Shown: positions 1 to 9,933 of the stretch, one piece after another
How positions within the stretch are numbered: the first letter of the stretch is position 1
How the letters are laid out: the number at the start of each line of letters is the position of its first letter
NCBI RefSeq assembly: GCF_000020025.1
Contig: NC_010628.1
Coordinates: forward strand, 510,001 to 542,000
Reading direction: 5' to 3'
Source: Nostoc punctiforme PCC 73102
GTDB lineage: Bacteria; Cyanobacteriota; Cyanobacteriia; Cyanobacteriales; Nostocaceae
Length of the DNA stretch: 32,000 nt
The notes under the pieces: generated by a model
Told to the model about the DNA's origin: nothing
Database searches by the model: none
What the model saw: the letters and a program-made list of their open reading frames with translations, nothing else
Translations under genes and position numbers: made by a program

Positions 1-39
1 AAATTTATATCAATAAACTAAGAAAAGCGATGTCAAAGT

Positions 40-57
40 CATTCTGTATATAGATTT
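40..57 (+). repeat. 18-bp direct repeat copy 1 (cattctgtatatagattt) flanking the PIN-like gene
   Basis: Matches 1059-1076 at 17 of 18 positions in the same orientation. Confidence 0.55.
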
Positions 58-150
58 GGGACTATTTTTTGGCATTAAACGTAAAGTCCGATTACAACTA
101 TATGGGAAGCACTTTGCTAAGTAATATCTTCAACCCTAATTAGTTTCAGA

Positions 151-954
151 ATGAACGCTCTTATTTTTATAGATACAAACATCTTTCTAGATTTCTACCG
201 AGTTCGAGGTGGTGAGCAGAAACTTAATCTCCTCAAGCGAGTTGACGATCATCATGACAGAATTATTACTACTGCTCAGGTAGAGATGGAGTATAAGAAA
301 AACCGTCAGATAGTTATTCTTGAGTCCTTAAATAAATTCAAAACTCCAGATTGGGGTGGTTTGACTCCTCCAGCATTCCTTTCAGATGCACAACCAGCAA
401 TTGCCATTACGAAAAGTAAATCAGAAATATCTTCTCAACAAAATAAACTTAAGAAGAGAATTGAGGCCATTCTTAAAAATCCCTCTACAAATGATCCTGT
501 TTTCAAAATTTTACAAAGGTTGTTCAGAAGCAAGAGCGACTTTAATCTTTCAAGAGAAAAGAAAATTCGATTTAAGATTCGAGGTTTGGCATGGAAACGT
601 TTTATTTTAGGTTATCCGCCACGTAAGGATAAAGATACATCTATAGGAGATGCTATCAATTGGGAATGGATTATCCACTGTGCCGAAAATACAGAAAAGG
701 ATATAATACTTGTGACTAGGGATACAGATTATGGTGTCAATTACAATAAAGAACTGATTTTAAATGACTGGCTCTCTCAGGAGTTTAAGCAGAGAGTTGG
801 TCGAAAAAGGAAAATAATCATTACTGACCGTCTAACCCAGGCTTTTAAAACGATTTCAGTTACCGTTACTAAACAGGAAGAGATAGAGGAAGATTCACTT
901 CTTGAGGAGAAGATACGTAACACTGAAGAGTTTTCTTTAGAAAATGAGTTTTGA
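151..954 (+). CDS. PIN-like domain protein (DUF4935-like predicted nuclease), cargo of the nifD element
   Basis: 267-aa ORF with an ATG start. N-terminal IFIDTNIFLDFY and C-terminal ILVTRDTDYG acidic motifs are typical of PIN-like folds. A strong hairpin lies downstream. Confidence 0.6.
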   Translation: MNALIFIDTNIFLDFYRVRGGEQKLNLLKRVDDHHDRIITTAQVEMEYKKNRQIVILESLNKFKTPDWGGLTPPAFLSDAQPAIAITKSKSEISSQQNKLKKRIEAILKNPSTNDPVFKILQRLFRSKSDFNLSREKKIRFKIRGLAWKRFILGYPPRKDKDTSIGDAINWEWIIHCAENTEKDIILVTRDTDYGVNYNKELILNDWLSQEFKQRVGRKRKIIITDRLTQAFKTISVTVTKQEEIEEDSLLEEKIRNTEEFSLENEF

Positions 955-999
955 GTTAAAGAACATACTATGAGAAGGTCTGAAATGTTTTCTTATTTC

Positions 1000-1036
1000 A
1001 AACCACTCTAACCAAATCTTTTGGTTAGAGTGGTTT
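1000..1036 (+). terminator. Perfect 16-bp stem hairpin downstream of the PIN-like gene
   Basis: aaaccactctaaccaa (1000-1015), loop atctt, ttggttagagtggttt (1021-1036). The following T tract is weak (cctagttttc). Confidence 0.5.
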
Positions 1037-1058
1037 CCTAGTTTTCTTGTGACCAACA

Positions 1059-1076
1059 CATTCTGTATGTAGATTT
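1059..1076 (+). repeat. 18-bp direct repeat copy 2 (cattctgtatgtagattt)
   Basis: 17 of 18 identity with 40-57. The two copies bracket the PIN-like ORF and its hairpin. Confidence 0.55.
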
Positions 1077-1302
1077 ATTCCTACTTTTGCTGATCGCATC
1101 CCGTATCACACGATCGTCTACCTTGTTGCAAATAAAACTGCTCGCACCATTTAATCTAAAAAATCGTCATTAAAAATAGTCTTTCATTTTACAGTTTTTC
1201 TTTGAGCAAAATGCCAGCAAATCCTAAAAACCAGATTCCATAAGAGTTATACTGTCTGAAGCATCAAAATAGATTGTTACTATATAACCCTGCAACTCGC
1301 GT

Positions 1303-2745
1303 TTAGGCTAGAAATAAGCTCTTTTTTATCTCGTCGCGAAAAAACCTTGCATTATATGATGTTGAGGAGCGATCGCTAGGTTCGGAGTAATCCCAAGAGT
1401 GCATTTGACGGAAAGGTAGACCCATCTTTTGGAAGACGTACTTCTCTTTCACACCAGAAGCTACCAAATCAGGCTTCAGCGCTTTGATAAATTCCTCGAA
1501 TTCGTAAGCGGTAACGTCGTCATAAACGATGGTGCCGTTTTCGATGTAGTGAGTGGTACGTTTGTAGTCGTCATTATGAGCGAACTCATAACCTGTACCA
1601 ATCATCTTCATACCCAAGTCTTGGAAGGCTGGGACAACGTGGCGAGGACGTAGACCACCAACCATGATGGCTACAGTCTTACCATCCAAGCGGGGGCGGT
1701 ACTTAGCGACTACCGCATCCATTGTGGGCTGATACTTGGCGATAACTTTCTCAGCGTTTGCTTGGATTGTTTCGTCAAATTTGGAAGCGATTTCCCGTAA
1801 AGATTCAGCAATCTTGGTGGGGCCGAAGAAGTTGTATTCCAACCAGGGTATACCATAAGCTTCTTCCATGTGACGGCTGATGTAGTTCATCGACCGGTAA
1901 CAGTGGATGAGGTTCATCTTCACATTGGGGGTCATCAACATTTCGTTGATGGTGCCATCACCTGACCACTGAGCGACTACGCGCAAGCCGATTTCTTCTA
2001 ACAGGATGCGGCTAGCCCAAGCATCTCCACCGATGTTGTAGTCACCTATGATGGCTACATCATAAGGAGTACCTTCAAACTTGAGTGTACCGTCTTTCTT
2101 AGCTTGGTCGGATCTGGTGAAAACCCAGTCACGAACCATGTCGTTAGCAATGTGGTGTCCCAAAGATTGGGAAACACCCCGGAAGCCTTCGCAACGCACA
2201 GGTACAACTGGCTTGCCAATTTCTTTCGATGTCTTCCGAGCAACTGCTTCGATGTCATCCCCAATTAGACCGATGGGACATTCTGATTGAATGGAAACAC
2301 CACGGTTGAGTGGGAAAAGTACATCTAGTTCTTGGATGAGCTTGACAAGTTTCTTGTCACCACCGAACACGATATCTCTTTCTTGGAAGTCAGAGGTGAA
2401 GTGCATGGTACCAAAGGTATCAATACCTGTGGTGCCGATGTAGTAGTTACGACGACCAGACCAAGACCAGTAACCGCAACCTACAGGCCCGTGGCTGATG
2501 TGGATCATGTCCTTAATAGGACCCCAAACCACACCTTTAGAACCGGCATAAGCACAACCACGAGCGGTCATTACCCCAGGAAGGGATTTGATGTTAGACT
2601 TAACGCCGCAATCGGACTTACCTTCTTCGTATACACTTAAGTGCTTTTCCCGTTTTTTCTTAGCTTTATCGGGGTAAGCGTCTAGAACTTCTTTAATTAG
2701 TTCTTTTCTTTCTTCGATGATGTTTTGATTTTCTGGAGGTGTCAT
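1303..2745 (-). CDS. nifD: Nitrogenase MoFe protein alpha chain NifD, interrupted. Authentic nifD codons span 2745 down to about 1383; the last 26 codons (EPSDRSS...LFLA) are read-through into the element
   Basis: 480-aa ORF. NifD hallmarks seen: [17 protein letters not shown] (FeMo-co Cys region), [10 protein letters not shown] (His ligand region). The C-terminal roughly 40 aa of normal NifD are missing. Confidence 0.92.
   Translation of the reverse strand: MTPPENQNIIEERKELIKEVLDAYPDKAKKKREKHLSVYEEGKSDCGVKSNIKSLPGVMTARGCAYAGSKGVVWGPIKDMIHISHGPVGCGYWSWSGRRNYYIGTTGIDTFGTMHFTSDFQERDIVFGGDKKLVKLIQELDVLFPLNRGVSIQSECPIGLIGDDIEAVARKTSKEIGKPVVPVRCEGFRGVSQSLGHHIANDMVRDWVFTRSDQAKKDGTLKFEGTPYDVAIIGDYNIGGDAWASRILLEEIGLRVVAQWSGDGTINEMLMTPNVKMNLIHCYRSMNYISRHMEEAYGIPWLEYNFFGPTKIAESLREIASKFDETIQANAEKVIAKYQPTMDAVVAKYRPRLDGKTVAIMVGGLRPRHVVPAFQDLGMKMIGTGYEFAHNDDYKRTTHYIENGTIVYDDVTAYEFEEFIKALKPDLVASGVKEKYVFQKMGLPFRQMHSWDYSEPSDRSSTSYNARFFRDEIKKSLFLA
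1383..1393 (-). repeat. 11-bp nifD-element recombination core GGATTACTCCG (read on the minus strand)
   Basis: Exact motif located inside codons W-D-Y-S of nifD, exactly where NifD similarity ends. Confidence 0.8.
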
Positions 2746-2908
2746 ATTTAGCCTCTGTGACTCGTAAGGATCGGGGCATAGGGGGACTAGGAGTCCCCTC
2801 TAAGATTAGGGGGGAGATTAGAGGGAAAGGTCAAAGGTCAAAGGTCAAATGTGAGATTCTTCCTTTTTCCTTTTTCCTTGTGCTAAAGCGTTATTTCTTA
2901 GCAGCGAT

Positions 2909-3859
<951 letters not shown>

Positions 3860-4150
3860 TCACGCCAGTTGAGCGACAGTAGTGAGCGCGTGTAGAGCAT
3901 CGTTGGTAGCGTTGGCATAAATGCCTGCTGGGGGCGATCGCTCCACAGCCAAAATTATTGACAGTAAGTACATCGATCTTCCTCGTTAAAATTTTTTTCT
4001 TTTTGTTTTTGTCCTTTGTCCTTTGTCATTTGTTTTGACAAAGAACAAAGAAAATTACGCGATTTACAAATACGTCATAATGTGTTTCAGCTTGCAAGAT
4101 TCAATAGGACTTGATGTTGTTATTTGTCAACAATCAATGCATAAGTCCTA

Positions 4151-4507
4151 TTACTTGTTCAAAATAGCGCCCTTCATATTTGTGACGCGATCTAGTGCAG
4201 CTTTAGTGTTTTCTGCTGACACTCCACGCACAGCCATTGCTTCACCGAGATGCTTGGCGATCGCATCGAAGTGTGGTTGCTGTAAATTCAATCCTGCGTG
4301 GGTTTTGTCCATTGGACGACCGCCGTACTGCTTTGGCCCTTCAAATATTTGACCTAAGAAAGCAACTAGATGATTACGTTGCTTCGCCATATCTGTACCA
4401 GCAAAAATGGGACTGAGGAGGCTGTCTGTAGCAATGCGTTTGTGGAGTTCATCTACTACTTGTTCAATAGCTGGTTGTCCACCAATATTGTCGTACAATG
4501 TGCTCAT
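4151..4507 (-). CDS. glbN: Group I truncated hemoglobin (cyanoglobin) GlbN
   Basis: MSTLYDNIGGQPAIEQVVDELHKRIA... closely matches my recollection of Nostoc commune GlbN. I chose the ATG at 4507, preceded by a GGA-rich RBS. The ORF track extends to 4549. Confidence 0.88.
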   Translation of the reverse strand: MSTLYDNIGGQPAIEQVVDELHKRIATDSLLSPIFAGTDMAKQRNHLVAFLGQIFEGPKQYGGRPMDKTHAGLNLQQPHFDAIAKHLGEAMAVRGVSAENTKAALDRVTNMKGAILNK

Positions 4508-4575
4508 ATCCTGTTCCTTTGAAGCGAGTTGGATGATGAAAGAAAGCAAGTAGGCACTGAATCTATGAAGCCTAT

Positions 4576-4610
4576 ATGCTGTTAGCCGTCATAGCTAATT
4601 TAGCTATCGG
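4576..4610 (-). promoter_or_regulatory. Conserved intercistronic element upstream of glbN (partner at 5661-5690)
   Basis: atgctgttagccgtcatagctaatttagctatcgg shares atgctgttagc..atagctaa..ttagc with the nifU-upstream copy. It contains gctaa/ttagc hairpins. Confidence 0.35.
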
Positions 4611-4731
4611 TTGTCGGTAGGATTGAAGCATTGATGTGGAGACAATTATATGGTTCAAATCCTACTTTCTATTCCTGGCTGAATGCATATTAGAGCGTAT
4701 TTGTAGATTACGTTAAGTCCTACAGCAATTC

Positions 4732-5631
4732 CTAAACTGCTTCGACTACAAGGCTCTTGCTGACACGATCTTGTAATCTGGCTTCGATCGCAATTTTCAG
4801 AGTTGCTGTACTACTAGAACAGGAACCGCAAGCACCTTGCAGTACAACTTTAACGCGATCGCCTTCTACATCATATAGTTCTACATCTCCCCCGTCTGCA
4901 ATGAGTACGGGTCTGACTTCTTCATCAAGAACCTTTTGAATTAGAGCAATCTTTTGCACGTTTGTTAGCGATCGCTCTTTAGACGTAACAATTTCTGTGG
5001 CAACTTGTACGCCGTAATTGTTGAGAGCAGGTGAGGCGTATTCCTGTTGAACTGATCTAATAATATCATCAATGTTCGCTAGACAGGAACCGCATCCGCC
5101 ACCAGCTTTTACATAATTTGTTACTTGTTCAGCATCAGTGAGATGATTTTCTAGAATCACGCGGCGAATTTTAGATTCGCTGATGCCAAAGCAACTGCAA
5201 ATTAACGCGCCTTCATCGTCATCATCGTGGGTAGCTAGAGGTATGCCACGATAATTGTAGATAGCGGCTTCTAGCGCTTCTTGTCCCATCACAGAGCAAT
5301 GCATCTTTGCTTCTGGCAAACCACCAAGGTAATCTGCAATGTCTTTGTTGGACACTTTCAAAGCTTCATCTAAGGTTAAGCCTTTGACCATTTCGGTTAA
5401 TGCACTAGAAGATGCGATCGCACTAGTACAACCAAAGGTTTGAAAGCGAGCATCTAGAATTTTATCAGATTCTACTTCCACTTTCAGGTGCAATCTCAGA
5501 GCATCACCGCAAGCAATGCTACCGATTTCACCCGTTGCAACCTTAACTCCAGCTTCGCCCGTTTCTTCAATTTCTCCCTGATTTTTGGGATCGTAAAACA
5601 GTTCTAATACTTTATCAGTGTAGTCCCACAT
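4732..5631 (-). CDS. nifU: Fe-S cluster scaffold protein NifU
   Basis: 299 aa. IscU-like N-terminus (GSIACGDALRLHLKV, FGCTSAIASS), central CSCFG...GGGCGSC, C-terminal GACGSCSSS. Confidence 0.95.
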   Translation of the reverse strand: MWDYTDKVLELFYDPKNQGEIEETGEAGVKVATGEIGSIACGDALRLHLKVEVESDKILDARFQTFGCTSAIASSSALTEMVKGLTLDEALKVSNKDIADYLGGLPEAKMHCSVMGQEALEAAIYNYRGIPLATHDDDDEGALICSCFGISESKIRRVILENHLTDAEQVTNYVKAGGGCGSCLANIDDIIRSVQQEYASPALNNYGVQVATEIVTSKERSLTNVQKIALIQKVLDEEVRPVLIADGGDVELYDVEGDRVKVVLQGACGSCSSSTATLKIAIEARLQDRVSKSLVVEAV

Positions 5632-5660
5632 ATTATTAAGTTCTGAGTGGTGAATGCTTA

Positions 5661-5690
5661 ATGCTGTTAGCGGATAGCTAAGGTTTAGCC
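5661..5690 (-). promoter_or_regulatory. Conserved intercistronic element upstream of nifU (partner at 4576-4610)
   Basis: atgctgttagcggatagctaaggtttagcc lies 30-60 nt upstream of the nifU ATG. Confidence 0.35.
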
Positions 5691-5735
5691 CGTGGGGAGT
5701 GGAGAATAGTTAATTCCCTATTCCCTATTCCCTAA

Positions 5736-6944
5736 TTAACGATGCGCTAGTGCTTGTTCTTGTCCTTGCAACCAACCTGCATCATCATTTTTGAAGGGTG
5801 AGAGGGCGCGTAGACGTTCTACAATACTGGGCATTACCTCTATTACTTGATCGATTTCGGCTTCGGTGGTGTAGCGACAAAGACTGAAGCGAATTGAACC
5901 GTGCAAAGTTGTATAGGGTAAGCCCATTGCCCGCAGGACGTGGGAGGGTTCGAGAGAACCGGAGGTACAAGCAGAACCGGATGATGCACAGATACCGTAT
6001 TTGTTCAATAACAGTAGAATTGCTTCACCTTCGATGTACTTGAAACCGATATTGGTTGTGTTTGGCAATCTCTGCGTAACGTCGCCATTAACTACACAAT
6101 CGGGAATTTTAGCGAGTAAAGTTTGTTCGAGGCGATCGCGCAGCTTTCTTTCTCTTGTAGTGGCTTCTTCCAAGTGTAACAGTTCTAGTTCCGCAGCTTT
6201 GCCCAAGGCGATAATTGCTGGAACATTCTCTGTTCCAGCCCTACGTCCGCGTTCTTGGTGTCCCCCAATCATGAAGGGACGGAACCGAACCCCGCGCCGA
6301 ATATATAAAGCACCAATTCCTTTTGGCCCGTGTAGCTTGTGACCAGACAGGGTTAACATATCCACGGTGCTAGTTTTCATATTCAACGGGATTTTTCCCA
6401 CTGCTTGCACCGCATCTACATGGAAGATAGCGCCATACTCTTTGACACGCAACCCAATTTGCTCAATTGGGAAAATCGTTCCGGTTTCATTATTAGCATA
6501 CATAATTGTCACCAAGGCGGTGTTACCCGTCAAGGAAGCTTCTAGTTCATCTAGATCCAACTGCCCTTGATGATTTACTGATAAATAGGTAACACTATAA
6601 CCTTGGGTTTCTAATTGTTTGCAGACATTGAGTACTGCTGGATGTTCAACTTGAGTAGTGACGATGTGTCGCTTTTCAGGTTGCGCTAACAGTGCGGCTC
6701 GAATCGCCGCGTTATCTCCCTCAGTACCGCAACTTGTGTAGACAATTTCTGACTCATCGGCTCCCAGGATGGCTGCAAGTTGTTCTCTTGCTGTTCTCAC
6801 TGCTTTACCGACTTGCCCACCAAAGGTATGCATACTGGAGGGATTGCCGTAATAATCTGTGAGGTAAGGTAGCATTACCTCTATAACTTCTGGGTCTACC
6901 TTAGTGGTAGCATTATTATCAAGATAGATGCAGTTATTTTGCAT
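5736..6944 (-). CDS. nifS: Cysteine desulfurase NifS
   Basis: IYLDNNATT start region, SGHKLHGPKG PLP-lysine motif, SSGSACTSG active-site Cys loop. The ORF track begins at a TTG (6956); the ATG at 6944 is more likely. Confidence 0.93.
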   Translation of the reverse strand: MQNNCIYLDNNATTKVDPEVIEVMLPYLTDYYGNPSSMHTFGGQVGKAVRTAREQLAAILGADESEIVYTSCGTEGDNAAIRAALLAQPEKRHIVTTQVEHPAVLNVCKQLETQGYSVTYLSVNHQGQLDLDELEASLTGNTALVTIMYANNETGTIFPIEQIGLRVKEYGAIFHVDAVQAVGKIPLNMKTSTVDMLTLSGHKLHGPKGIGALYIRRGVRFRPFMIGGHQERGRRAGTENVPAIIALGKAAELELLHLEEATTRERKLRDRLEQTLLAKIPDCVVNGDVTQRLPNTTNIGFKYIEGEAILLLLNKYGICASSGSACTSGSLEPSHVLRAMGLPYTTLHGSIRFSLCRYTTEAEIDQVIEVMPSIVERLRALSPFKNDDAGWLQGQEQALAHR

Positions 6945-6978
6945 TGTTGTCTTCAATTAAGAATTAGGAATTATTTAA

Positions 6979-7335
6979 TTAAGCTTCAGAACCCACTGAT
7001 TGGGATTGACGCTTTTGCAACTGCTCTGAGTATTTCTGAGAATAGGTTTGAAACCAACGTTCCCAGTAATCTTGTTTATTTGTTAATTTAGCGACTACGC
7101 GGTTGTAATTAGCAAACCAGCCTTCCCAGTAATCGCTAGGCTGCTTAACGCAACCATCGCACGTGGGACAACCAGCTTTACACTGAGGTACGGTATGAAT
7201 GCTACCAACACAATTTGTACAAAGTTCAGGGTCAATCCAGTGCTGTCCGTCAACCACTTTAACTGCATTTGTGGGACATACCGTTAGACAGAGATTGCAG
7301 GAAATACACTGGCTAGTAAGAATTTTGTAAGCCAT
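6979..7335 (-). CDS. fdxN: Ferredoxin FdxN (2x[4Fe-4S] type), uninterrupted
   Basis: 118 aa. CISCNLCLTVCP and CTNCVG...CKAGCP cysteine clusters. Position between nifB and nifS. Confidence 0.88.
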   Translation of the reverse strand: MAYKILTSQCISCNLCLTVCPTNAVKVVDGQHWIDPELCTNCVGSIHTVPQCKAGCPTCDGCVKQPSDYWEGWFANYNRVVAKLTNKQDYWERWFQTYSQKYSEQLQKRQSQSVGSEA

Positions 7336-7371
7336 GATTTATTCTCCTTTTGGGAAATGGGGCATTAGAGT

Positions 7372-7445
7372 CAGGGGAGAGGTTACAGGTGACAGGTGAT
7401 AGGTAATAATCTCTCCCCTGTCCCCTGTAACCTATTCCCTATTCG
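7372..7445. repeat. Heptameric STRR-type repeats in the nifB-fdxN spacer
   Basis: ggttaca ggtgaca ggtgata ggtaata ... tcccctg tcccctg, partly self-complementary. Confidence 0.7.
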
Positions 7446-8890
7446 TTATTCCCTAATTCCTTAACGTATTGCTCGTAAAACTCTAAAGCAACCTTTTCAA
7501 TCACGTCGTAAGCTTCAACAGTCTTGATTCCAGCTTCTTGCAATTTTTCTTGAGGACAGTTACCAATCTTGGAAACTAAAACTGCTTTGCAATCTGCGAT
7601 CGCTTTCATAATATGCTCAAAAGAAGCTTCTTCGCCGTATCCACCTTGGCAGTATTGGTCAATTTTGCGATGACCGATAAAGCGAACTTCGTTTCCACCC
7701 ACTTCGTAAATTTGGAATTCTTTCGCATGACCGAAGTGTTGGTTAACTAATCCGCCGCCTTTGGTTGCTACTGCAACTAAAACTTTCGGACTATTGGCAA
7801 TTTTCTTGCCAGCTAGCGCCTTATCTTTGGCTACTTTAAGTTCTTCTTTAAACTTCTCAATTCCTTCGTGAACGGTAGCGCGTTGCTCCATGTCATATTC
7901 GGGAGCCATTTCCAAGAATTTCTCTTTGGAAAACTCTTGGCTGCGGTCTTCTCCCAACAATCCGACTGCATCGGCACGACACTGACGACAGTGGCGCATC
8001 ATTTTCATGTTACCAGAGCAGTTGTCTTGAACTTCTTTGAGTTCTTTGGGTGTGGGGCCGCGTTGACCGATTAAACCAAAGTGTGTGCCATGTTCTGGTG
8101 CAGAAATCAATGGCATGATGTTGTGCAAGAATGCACCTTTCTCACGAATGACTCGATTCACTTCGACTAAGTGATGGTCATTAATTCCGGGAATCATCAC
8201 GGAATTGACTTTGCACAAGATGTCAGCATCTTTCAGGGCTTGCAATCCTTCCATCTGTCTTTCGTGGAGGATTTTCGCACCTTCAAGACCTCTGTAACGC
8301 TTGCGTCTGTAGTGAACCCAAGGATAAATCTTAGCACCGATCTCTGGATCTACCATGTTAATGGTGATCGTTACGTGATCTATATTTAATTGTTTAATGC
8401 GATCGATGTAATCAGGCAGCATTAAACCATTGGTTGATAAGCACAGCTTGATGTCTGGTGCTTGTGCTGCAATCAACTCAAATGTGCGGAAGGTTTTTTC
8501 TGGGTTCGCCAATGGGTCGCCAGGGCCAGCAATTCCCACAACTGTCATTTGGGGAATCTTGCCACCAATGACCAAAGCTTTGTGTGCGGCTTCTTCTGGT
8601 GTTAGCAATTCGCTAACTACTCCAGGACGGCTTTCGTTAGCGCAATCATATTTGCGGTTGCAATAGTTGCATTGAATGTTGCAAGCTGGTGCAACTGCAA
8701 CGTGCATCCGAGCGTAGTGGTGATGAGCGTCTTCGCTGTAGCAGGGATGTTTAGCAATGCGTTCTTGGAGCTTTTCGTCCCTTTCCACGGTGGTGCTGGT
8801 GGTGCTATCGCAGCCGCAACCACCTGATTTTGCTTGGGTTGGCGATTCCGTAGCGTTGGAGTTGAGGAGTCGTGTAGACGGTGATGTCAT
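7439..8890 (-). CDS. nifB: Nitrogenase cofactor biosynthesis radical SAM protein NifB with C-terminal NifX-like domain
   Basis: [12 protein letters not shown] radical SAM motif. C-terminal [26 protein letters not shown] NifX/NafY-like domain. I chose the ATG at 8890 (MTSPSTRLL...). The ORF track extends to a TTG at 9067, which I consider leader. Confidence 0.93.
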   Translation of the reverse strand: MTSPSTRLLNSNATESPTQAKSGGCGCDSTTSTTVERDEKLQERIAKHPCYSEDAHHHYARMHVAVAPACNIQCNYCNRKYDCANESRPGVVSELLTPEEAAHKALVIGGKIPQMTVVGIAGPGDPLANPEKTFRTFELIAAQAPDIKLCLSTNGLMLPDYIDRIKQLNIDHVTITINMVDPEIGAKIYPWVHYRRKRYRGLEGAKILHERQMEGLQALKDADILCKVNSVMIPGINDHHLVEVNRVIREKGAFLHNIMPLISAPEHGTHFGLIGQRGPTPKELKEVQDNCSGNMKMMRHCRQCRADAVGLLGEDRSQEFSKEKFLEMAPEYDMEQRATVHEGIEKFKEELKVAKDKALAGKKIANSPKVLVAVATKGGGLVNQHFGHAKEFQIYEVGGNEVRFIGHRKIDQYCQGGYGEEASFEHIMKAIADCKAVLVSKIGNCPQEKLQEAGIKTVEAYDVIEKVALEFYEQYVKELGNNE

Positions 8891-9247
8891 TGAATTTCGC
8901 AAAAGGTCGGTGGACTTGGCTGCCACTGTGGGAGATGCTGTTGCTACTCTTTCATGCCCAGAATTGAAGTCGCGTCTTCCACACTGCCTGCAAACCCTTG
9001 GGTGAGGGCGACTTGTTTTCAAGTCAGGCAGGCGATAGATATCTGATGTTCGGCTGGTGTGTGTCAACGTTCGGTTCTTGGGTAGAATTTGTGCTTACAG
9101 CCGCGACTTCTCTTCACTTCAGGCATGGTGCTATGTCATCCCTCCACTCACCCTTCGCTTTGTTTTGTTTCAGAGCGTTAGGTGATTGGCGATATAAGAT
9201 TTATAGCAGCCGTCTCCCAGCCAGATGTTGCGTCTCTCTAGGATAGA

Positions 9248-9385
9248 ATTTATTGGATTTATTACTTTTGTACTCAAATACTAAAAACCCTAATTCTTCA
9301 AGCATTACAAGAATTAAAAAAGTTTTTTTTGGGTAGGGGTTCTAGTATTTTTTGGTTGGGGTTCTAGTGTTTATAGACAGGGGTT
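9248..9385 (-). promoter_or_regulatory. nifB upstream promoter-like module (blocks AACCCCTG, 2x AAAYACTAGNNCCCC, GGGTTT-N-TTTGAGTACAA, AATCCAATAAAT)
   Basis: The reverse complement aligns block for block with 17867-17994 upstream of cysE, in the same orientation relative to each gene. The spacing between the two ACTAG motifs is an identical 22 nt in both copies. Confidence 0.6.
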
Positions 9386-9933
9386 CAGGATTTCTTTGTA
9401 CTCAGCCAAAACCCAATCCTAGCAATAACTTTAACTAAATTGAAACTAGGTTTGGGTTATTTAAATGTGTACTCAGATTGCCCTCAATTTCCGTCAAAAG
9501 CCATAAATGCCAAGGGTTTGAGGGTGAAAAACTGGAGTAGTCTACATCGTTCTACTCCAGAAACGTGCGAAATTCAATTCTGTATCTAACATATCATTTT
9601 TTTCAGGGTAAAAATGCAATTCATATTTATTTAATTTTTGCTTTGACCCTTCGACTTCTCTACGAGACGCTACGCGAACGCTCAGTGTTAACAATGATAT
9701 TCAATTGTGGTTCTAAGTCTTATCTGATAAGCGATATGAGGCAATGAAAATAGATGTCTTGCTACACATAATTTTCAAAAAACTTAACTTTTAACTCCTT
9801 TTTTTTATTCCCACAATGAGGAGATGGGTAGAAAACTCTCAGATTTTGTGTTTAAGAGAAACAACAAACTATAATCTAACATGATTGAACGATCGCAATG
9901 AATTTTCTGAATTGCTCACTACAAACCTTAACG

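Larger units (their letters stand above)
1..1393. mobile_element. nifD element (developmentally excised DNA insertion in nifD), nifD-proximal end; continues beyond the window start
   Basis: The minus-strand NifD frame loses NifD-like sequence right after ...QMHSWDYS. The break coincides with cggagtaatcc at 1383-1393, the reverse complement of GGATTACTCCG, which I recall as the 11-bp border repeat of the Anabaena PCC 7120 nifD element. DNA to the left is AT-rich and non-nif. Confidence 0.75.

Noticed and set aside
386-610. 74-aa ORF nested in another frame of the PIN-like gene, plus nested ORFs in nifD, nifS, nifV, efp, the PPIase gene and others.
   Set aside because: They are alternative-frame or antisense ORFs inside well-supported genes.
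8998-9246. 82-aa plus-strand ORF upstream of nifB, plus other plus-strand ORFs at 7868-8074, 8171-8389, 8430-8666 and 8757-9005.
   Set aside because: They are antisense to nifB or its leader and have no motifs. They are typical chance ORFs opposite a coding region.
9565-9747. 60-aa ORF in the nifB-distal intergenic region.
   Set aside because: It has a non-ATG start, lies in AT-rich sequence and overlaps a dispersed repeat-like segment (ctacgagacgctacgcgaacgctcagtg). There is no coding signal.
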